Below are positions 55,495-64,000 of a stretch of DNA of 64,000 nucleotides, one piece after another. Each line of letters starts with the position of its first letter. The stretch's first letter is position 1. The translations under genes were made by a program, and so were the position numbers. Below the pieces are notes generated by a model. The model saw nothing but the letters and a program-made list of their open reading frames with translations. It was not told where the DNA came from and did not search any database. The DNA is taken from positions 322,338,001 through 322,402,000 of the forward strand of contig OZ024740.1 in NCBI GenBank assembly GCA_964016885.1, given 5' to 3'. The DNA comes from Eledone cirrhosa (Eukaryota).

Positions 55495-55980
55495 TATCCA
55501 TCATCATCATTGTTTTACATCCATTTTTCCATGGTTGTATGAGTCCTCTCAGGTACAGCATCTCTCCACTTGTTTCTTTCCTTTGCCACCTTTTTTGTGA
55601 GGTATACTTTCTTGAAATTTTTCTCAGTCTTCCTCTACTGCAGCTACCTTCTACTGGGATCTTTTGGCACATCTTCACCTTATGATCAACATAATTCACA
55701 TCACATGTTCTTATCCGTGCAGTCTACTCTTTTGCATACTATATCTGATTCTTATTATACTTAGTTTTTCCCTTAGTTCATCTATGCTTTACTGATCATG
55801 TGCACTAGCTTTACACATCCCAAAGAGCATGCTTGCTTCAATTCTTTCCAGCCTTCACATATCCTCACGCAGGCTTCATTTGATCTCTCTTTCATCCAGG
55901 AAGAGAAAATTCATTTGTTGCCTACAGATAATAGGTCCCTGATTTTTTTTTACTTTCTTATTCTAGTTACTATGCTATGT
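55495..55980 (-). mobile_element. Decayed RTE 3' fragment
   Basis: (CAT)n tail, catccatttttccatg, PVEGSCSRGRLRK. Confidence 0.65.
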
Positions 55981-57589
55981 AATGCTAATATACCATTAAA
56001 TATCTAAATATTGCTAATATAAGGAATTACTTCACAGAATGGTTAAATATATAACTTGTTGAGCAACTTAACTGATGTTTTGAATTGTTGTGGGTGTTAT
56101 TGCTGTGTGGGCCCACCCTCAGTAAACACATAGTGCTGCTCTGTGTACTTAATCTACTTAATCTGAAAAAAAAAAAACATAAAAAATACACTATATTACA
56201 TCATCACCATGGTAACTGGGTGTATAGTGTCACCATGGAAACTAGGAAGCAACAAAAAAACAAAATGAAAAATGTCCAAAGAAAAAGTAATGTCACTAGA
56301 ATATTTAATGGGATTTCTATAATTTCAGTGTATAATAATTGTTTCTATATTTGGCACAAGGCCAGCAAATATCTCAGTGCATTACTGGTACTTTATTTTA
56401 TTGACCCCGTCAGGATGAAAGGCAAAAACACCAGTGCAATTTATATTGCTATACATGATATACTCTAAATGTCTCTATATGTGATAGAACTTAGGTTTCT
56501 ATTATTAAAACACTCTAAAAATCTGTGAGATGCAGCCCTGTAGGTGACCAGCTAAAAAACTACATAAATATGAGACGTAAAAACATTTATATAATTTGTT
56601 CCTCCAACAAGGTTGACCTGGTTCTACACAACAAGAAACATCACTTTATATACCTGATTCTTTAGTCCTTTAGTTACCACTAAACCATCCCTGTTTCTAT
56701 GATACAAAACGGTTTATTTTAAAATGTTTATATTTATCTGAAAATCTCGTTTTATTTAAGACCCTTTATCATGCTCAAAACACCAGCTTATTAAGGAAAT
56801 TAGTTATATTGCTAAACCTCTCCAAATTCTTGATTATTTTCGAAATTATTTGAAAATCATAGGCAGTGTTTTTTTTTTTATTTTTATAAAAAATATAGTA
56901 GCTAAAAGGTTAAGTATGCTTATTAAAAATATAGTAACAAAAAGGTCAAGTATGTTTGGCTGCATTAAGGCAATCAATCTGGCAGTCATTAGAGCATTGG
57001 ATATTTGTTCTGGTTCTCGGAGTTCAAATCCCACAGAGGTTCACTTATCCTTTCATACTTTTGGGAGTCAATAAAGTTCCAACTCAGTGCTGATGATGCA
57101 GCTCTTTCTCCTTCCAGTTGTCACATCCTGGATGTTTCACTGGATCAAGGTAGGGAGGGTCTAGGGAGTGTCCCTCCTCTCTCTCTCTCTCTCTCTGCTA
57201 GTGAAAGTATGGTACATACTACCATGACGGCTGTTCATAACATAAAAAAATTCATGACTTAACTGATTTTATCACATAAAATATAGCTCGCTATTTTCTA
57301 TATTTTCTGATGGCAATGATGATGGATCTTCTGTCATGAATTAACATGTACCATCTACTCTTAACATTAAATTCTCAAAATGAATCAGCTTTACACACAA
57401 TGTGACATGGTTGGGTCTTTGAATTATAGATACAGTCAATCCATCTGATGACCTTCCATACAGTTTTTGCCTGGCCAATTTCATTTAAGAGGTTTGGGTC
57501 AACCCAAGGTTTTGATAAAGACACTTGCCCAAGATATCATACAATGGGATCAAACCATTCACTCACCTATGTCTACATTCTAACATTGC

Positions 57590-58070
57590 TGTATAGCTTA
57601 TGATGTTGTTGTATGGCATGTGATGTTGTTGTATGCCATATGTTTAAACGAAAAAGAAAAGTAAAGAAGAAACAAGGGAAGCCGTACAACAGCTAGAAGT
57701 TTCTCTTGTTGAATCTTTTCTTAGCTTCCATGTACTCAAAGATTGTGTTTATATTTGGTAGACCTGTAATCATATATTGAACTTCCAATCTTAGTGATTT
57801 TTTTTTTTTTTTTTTTTTTTTTAAAGATTGGTTTCAACATGGCCTCTCTCTCAGACTGATAGTTTTTACATTGGAACTAATAGGGCCAAAGAGTTGTTGT
57901 ATGCCATATGATGTTAATGGCATATGATATTGTTGTATAGCTTATAATGTTGTATGCCATATGATGTTGTATGGCATATGATGCTGTTGTATGTCATATG
58001 ATGTTGTTGTATGCCATATGACGTAGTATATCATATGGTATTGGTGTATCGCATATATTATATAGTATAT
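57590..58070. repeat. Degenerate 17-20-bp repeat (tgatgttgttgtatggcata) in two blocks
   Basis: Visible at about 57590-57642 and 57892-58070. Confidence 0.7.
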
Positions 58071-58219
58071 GATATATCTTTCAGCTTCATTCTACATCAA
58101 CAGAAATTGTGGTGGATCCTCCATCAGATTTGGTGGTGTATATTAAGTTGTTTGATCAATTAAGCAATCTACATATTAAATTTATGTGTAAATAGCTGAG
58201 TATTCTATAGACAATAGTA

Positions 58220-58558
58220 TCATCATTATCATCATTTCATTTTACGTCTGCTTTTTCCCTGCTTGCAAGAGTGGGACGAGAACTGATTTTGGCTTGATTT
58301 CTACAGCTGGATGCCTTTCCTAACACCAACCTCATTTATAGTGAGTGCTGGGTGCTTTTTTCTGTGGCGCCTCCACGACCACTTTGCAGTGGAATGATAT
58401 GGACCCCAGTCCCTATCATCTCATTTCTACAGCTGAGTAAACTGGAGCAATGTGAAATAAAGTGTCTTGCTCAAGGAAACATCACCCGGTCTGAGAATTG
58501 AACTCACAACCTTTCGATTGCAAGGCCAATGCTCTAACCACTAAGCCATGTGCCTCCA
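58220..58558 (-). mobile_element. Full-length tRNA-derived SINE with RTE subfamily B tail
   Basis: Highly similar to 42632-42944. Confidence 0.88.
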
Positions 58559-59721
58559 TTGTATATATGGTATATTTCTACACTCACCACAATAACATCA
58601 ACATTTATGGGCTTTTTTTCTTTCTTTTTTATTACAATTTAGTCAGAGGGAAAGGCAGTGTCCTTGACCCTTTATATGGCCTCTAACACTAGTAGGAGCG
58701 GGGAAAGTATCCTTAAACTAGAGACCTGGCCCAGCGATATGCAACAAAGTGAACTCTGCTAAAGGCACTCCTTGGCCAGGAGGTGGTGTTAAACTGGTCA
58801 ACAGATTAGTTCTAACTCACAAATTAAAAAAATTTAGGGGTGGGAGTTTAGCAAGAAAAAGAACCCTTTTGTCTACTATTTAAACTTTAGAGCTATATAT
58901 ATCTGACCCAATATTATTAATCAGTTTGATACCAAACTGCCTGAAACTACTCCTGGTTTTATAATAGAAAGTTGTTTATCTTAAAAGTGTTTATATTTAT
59001 CTAAAAACCTTTAATCACAATTTTATGTAAGAACCTTTGTTGTTCCAAACACCGACTTAATAATAAGGAAGTTAATTGTATTACTAAAGTCCTTCAATTT
59101 CTTGATTATTTTCAAAATTATTTGTAAATTATAAGCTGTGTCTTTCATTAGAAATATGATAATGAAAGGGTTAAAGTATTTCAAAGCAAACAACATTAAT
59201 CCTATCAACTCTACCAAACAATGCCACCACCAGCACTACCTTCTTAGACTAATTAAAGACATAGAAGACAAATAAGAGGTGATATGTGAAGACAGGTTAA
59301 CCATGTCAGACAGACAGACAGGCAGATAAGTAACTCGTGTTTAACTCTAACAGAAATGAGTTTGGTGGGGAAACACATCTAAAAATATATTGACCCATTG
59401 ATTGGGAAGGAATTATCTGAAGGGAGGGAATAAATGATATTGGGTACTTTAAAATCAGGGTGGAGTGTAACAAGAAAAAATGTGTTTAAAAAATATATAA
59501 ATAGATATGACAACAGCAAATATAGTTAGTGTTGTTGTTTCAACTGTGGACTGACACGGATGGGAAGGGTGGGGGCTATATAATAATAATTGCTCACTTA
59601 TTTCTTGATGTCGCCCAGCTCTAATGAAATCTGAGTAGAGAAGTGAGACAGCAAAAAAAAAATATACTGGGCAATAGAAATTCTCCCCTTTTTCATGAAA
59701 ATATGATGTAAAAATACCCAG

Positions 59722-60108
59722 CATGTCACTTATCTGCTGGACCTACAAAAGCTAAATTCAAAATATACTCTAAATGTATGTAAAATGGAGGTAAGACTTA
59801 TTTACTGAGTCTACAAAGTTTCTGTTCAAAATATGATACATTGTAAATGTTGTCTTTAAAATGGAGGTGTGACTTATTTACTGAACCTACAAAATCTCAG
59901 TTTAAAATATATGGTATACTGTAAATGTATGTAAAATGGTTTGACATATCTACTAGCTCTACATAATCTCAATTCAAAATATGATACATTGTAAATTTTG
60001 TATATAAAATATAAATGTGACTTATCTACTGCACCTGCAAAACCTCAATTCAAAATATGACACATTGTAAACAGCAGTTTATAAAATAGGTGTGTGTCTT
60101 ATCTACCA
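59722..60108. repeat. Diverged tandem repeat of about 65-75 bp (5-6 copies)
   Basis: Recurrent gacttat(c/t)tactg..ctacaa...aattcaaaatatgatacattgtaaa. Confidence 0.75.
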
Positions 60109-62349
60109 ATGTAACTTGTATAGCAGTGGAACTTATACAAGAGTATATATGGTATGGTTGTAGATGTAGAATCTATAATGGTAACTTTTTATAGGGTTAT
60201 GCTGCCAAAATAAAAAATGCACTGGTTGAATTTCATTTCAGTTTTATTAATCAGGTAATTAAACCATCAATTAGTTGGTCTTACAACAAATTCATTAAAT
60301 TCCAAAGTCCTTTCATCACAGCCTGTGACCTTATCAATGGCTCTTGCTATCTGTGTCTCCTCTTTGTTGTTACTTTATATTTTTTGTTTGTCTTCTTTTT
60401 CAATGTTAACCCTTTTCATTACCATATTTCCAATGAAATATACTGAATATGAATTAAGAATTTGGAAGGGTTTACTAAAATTTTATTGCTAAGATGATAC
60501 TTGTAACATGACTAAACAAAAACTTCTTAAATTAAAACCTTCCAATATAGTTTTCTATAAGTAGGAATCCTTTAAAATGGATGATTTTGTTTCATAGAAC
60601 CAGAGATGGTTTGGGGTTGGCTGGTACCAAAAGCATTACATAGGAACCCCTTAAAATGGGTGGTTTTGTTTCATAAAACCAGAGGTGGTTTGGGGTGGGT
60701 TGGCATCAAAAGGGTTGATGTTAAAATCCTTCAGAAACATTCCTGTGGTATATTTTATAATTTTCCTTTGAGAGTTTTCATGATTCTATTGGAAGACTTT
60801 ACATGGTAGATTTCTATCTGTTCTTCAAATTGCTTCTTTGTCAGATCACAGACAAAATATCTGTAGGTTCCCATGTAATTCATTATGGTACGGTATTGAT
60901 TGTTCTTTTGGTCATTCCAGATATCTCTGGAACATTCCCCATTCCTAAAACTAGTTAAATACCATGTGATTTAGAATAGTGATATCTCTCTCTTTTTTGT
61001 TGGCGTGGAAAGTAACTTTGTTCTCTATATCATTAGTCTATTTCCTGACCCTATAATATTACTGGTATTAATATCATGTGATTTACAATACCAATACCAT
61101 ATTCTCTCTTTTTGGTGTGGAAGTGGAGCAGTGTACCACCTCCATCCATCCATCTGTTGTGTGCCATGACTTGAGTTGTTGTGAAATCTTTACCATCAGG
61201 CTCAAGATATTTCTGCTAGGTGGAGCATTATACCATCTCCTTCCATCCATCTCTGCCAGGTCTTAGATTGTTGTAAAGCCTTTACTGGTCTATTCCTTGA
61301 TGTTAGCTGCCAATTTCTTCTATGGATCCTTATCTTTTTTGTCTTCTTTTCTGAACTGTTCTTTGGAAGATATAATCTTGATTAATCCATCATGTCACAT
61401 GCCATCTTATTTTCCTTTACTCCACACTGGTTAGTAAGTCTTTATAGTTGCCTGCTTCTTAGTATTTGTTCCAGCTCCTTATGATCTGCGTTCAAATCCT
61501 ACTGATGTTAACTCTTAATGTACTGTACCACATGAAACTGCATTAGCAAATCATTGAAAAGTAGAGAACAGCATTATGATGGGATCACATTAAAAATTAA
61601 AGTCTTTACTTTAGTTTACTGCAAATGTTCACAATCATATGTCCATTAGTGATGATACTATAAATATTTGAATTTAGATATTTTCTACTACATCATTACA
61701 ATAAATTCTGCCTTTCATCCTGCCATGTAGTACCAGTCCAGGACTGGGGTCAATTTAATCAAATCTCCCCACCAACCACTACCATATTACTTGCCTTGTG
61801 TTTCAGTTAGAAACCAATATTTCTTCAAAAACCTTGTCTTATATTCCCACTCCTTCTCTATACATTCATGCTGTTGTATTATCCAAAAATCACTTCCATT
61901 ATTAAATATTTAAAGAAATAAAACATTTTTACAGCTGACTAATCTCCCTTATTGATTTCTTCCATGCATTTTTGATATCCATATATACTACAGAAGCAGA
62001 ATTAATTATTTTATACATGTACATGTTATGCTTGTTATTTCACATTCCCTAAATGTACATTTTATACATTAAGAAAAACTTGGGTCATTTCAGATCATAG
62101 GAGTTTTTTCCCTTGCATGAATTTTTGTCCTTAAAATTGCGAGGATTGTTTCAGTTGTTCAAAGCCCCCAACCCCCTTTTTCCATATTCAGATTGTTTGA
62201 CTTTACGTGTACACACACACAATTTGTACATGAAATATTATATAATCAGCAACAAATGGTTTCATGATCTAACAGACTTTACAAGAACATTAACCACTTG
62301 TCATCTCCTTGGGCTAATGTGTTTACAAATGGCTGTCATTACCATAACA

Positions 62350-62438
62350 GAAGTCTGATGAGCTTTTGATTCCAGAGTCAGGCCTGGTCGATACAAATCG
62401 AGCCTTGAGCTAATCAATTGTGAAACGCGTGTCACACC
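62350..62438 (+). ncRNA. Degenerate type I hammerhead motif with long stem II
   Basis: CUGAUGA-GC..UUGAUU...AAUCAA..GU-GAA-ACGCGUGU-C; stem I only partly paired; AATAAA at 62441. Confidence 0.55.
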
Positions 62439-62569
62439 TCAATAAATGTAATGAAGATCTAACACCTTGTCCTTTTTATTATATATCGACAGTCGATCGA
62501 CTTTCGTCAAATTGGACCTAGGAAACAATGTTTCCATTGCTCTTTCTAATTGCTAATACTATCTATTGG

Positions 62570-62704
62570 TTGCAACTCCAGGTAGAAGGAGCAACGTGAA
62601 ATAAAGTGTCTTGCCCAAGGACATAATGCATCTCCTAGTCCGGGAATCAAATGCACAATCTCACGATTGCGAATTCAATTCTCTAACCACTCAGCCAAGC
62701 ACCT

Positions 62705-62707
<3 letters not shown>
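62570..62707 (-). mobile_element. tRNA-derived SINE 5' part
   Basis: Reverse complement of tggctgagtggttagag...tgtccttgggcaagacactttatttcacgttgct. Confidence 0.75.
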
Positions 62708-62768
<61 letters not shown>

Positions 62769-63329
62769 TAACAATGTTTTTTTTTTTCTTCAGACTTTTA
62801 ATTATTTCTTAGATTTTCTAATCTATGGTGTTTTTTGTACACAAATATTTACTATTTAAGACAATACTGCTCCACATTTGGCTCTGTTCCTGTTTTAACC
62901 ATGGTGTGTGTCTTCTTCAGTCAAATTACTTTATAATTACCACACATTCTCATAGACAAAAATGATCTTATGAATGAAGTTCAAGCCTTTGATATTGTCA
63001 TTGTTGCTGCTGTTGTTATTGCTGTTTCTAATTTGTCAATATTTCAACCTGGTACACAAGTACTGACTTATTTTGCTGTTTAGTTTAAATATTTCATGAC
63101 TGTATTTCTAATGAAATATATTTTTATTATTCTTTTACTGGTTTCAGTCATTAGACTATAGTCATACTGGGGAACTATCTTTTACTTGATCATATTTATC
63201 TCAAATTTGGTACATATGTTATCAACTTCTTTTTGTTGAGCCAAGTTAAAGGACATAAATATAGACACAGACATGGGCACAGCACACGTCCTTGAAAAGT
63301 ATAAAATAGCACTAAAACTGCATCATTAA

Positions 63330-63547
63330 CCTTTTCGCCTTTACATTACTCTACATTTACTATTGTATTTTCATGGTAAAGGCTTTACCTTATGTTATTA
63401 TTTCACATATCGAATTTATGAGATTTTGATGTTATTTATTTTGAGAACAATACCTTAACATTGGTATGAGTGGCCGGTTACAGCTGGTTTGAACAGAAAG
63501 AGGTGAGAGAATTCTGGTCGGATACGTCCGGTTTAAATGCTAAAGGG
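63330..63547. mobile_element. piggyBac-like MITE, copy of 40207-40412
   Basis: TTAA-flanked, same internal sequence, right TIR taaatgctaaaggg. Confidence 0.82.
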
Positions 63548-63754
63548 TTAAAGTCAGCTAATTTTTAAGCTAATACAGCTAATTTTCAACAGCTCACTTG
63601 AAAAGATACTATAAACATTTGAAGTAATAAACCATATGAAATCATATTATGAATACATTCTTGAAAAGTATAAAACATTTGAAGTAATAAACCATATGAA
63701 ATCATATTATCAAGATGCAGAATTATCGATATGCAGAAAAGGAAGTGGCATAAA

Positions 63755-64000
63755 TTCTATAAAATGCACATAATGCAGATCCTGGGTACACAAGAGATGT
63801 AGCGGGATAGCAGGCAAACTAACAGGTAGGGAGAAATATGTATGCAGTAGATGTACAGGGAAATTAGACAGTAGAAGTCGCATTGAGACACATTTTTCAA
63901 ATGCAGGAGGGTGCTATAGAAGTGGTTGATAGCTTCCGGTACCTAGGAGATCAGATTAGCATGGGGGGAGGGTGTTCCAAGGCCATAGTATCTAGAATGA
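63755..64000 (+). mobile_element. RTE fragment (PHD-type finger region), runs off the window
   Basis: IKCT*CRSWVHKRCSGI...YVCSRC, then IEVVDSFRYLGDQI. Confidence 0.85.

Noticed and set aside
58650-58830. GC-richer segment with cctggcc/ggccagg pairing, considered as an HDV-like ribozyme
   Set aside because: Could not assemble the nested double pseudoknot by eye; probably a retroelement UTR fragment

Overview
Repeat-dense eukaryotic (animal) genomic DNA with no host protein-coding gene that I can support. The RTE-LINE/tRNA-SINE complement and giant (TA)n arrays suggest a mollusc, probably an octopus (inference). About 40% of the window is (TA)n-derived micro/minisatellite, concentrated at 2.3-26.5 kb, with a 200-N gap at 7314-7513; the long 'IYIY' ORFs are artefacts of it. 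Embedded in it are many 5'-truncated RTE-clade LINE copies (largest 29374-31894, with RT and a PHD-type finger), tRNA-derived SINEs that share the RTE 3' tail, a decayed mariner, TTAA-flanked MITEs, a CR1-like fragment and two HERO-like retrotransposon 3' ends. The most notable signal is RNA structure. There are at least six minimal type I hammerhead-ribozyme motifs at five loci, of the Penelope pseudo-LTR type, two of them forming a perfect 169-bp inverted repeat with one ribozyme per strand. The 3' UTR of both HERO-like copies also carries the hammerhead core segments in a non-canonical (reversed) order. All structures were paired by eye; none were computed or tested. Boundaries of decayed elements are approximate.
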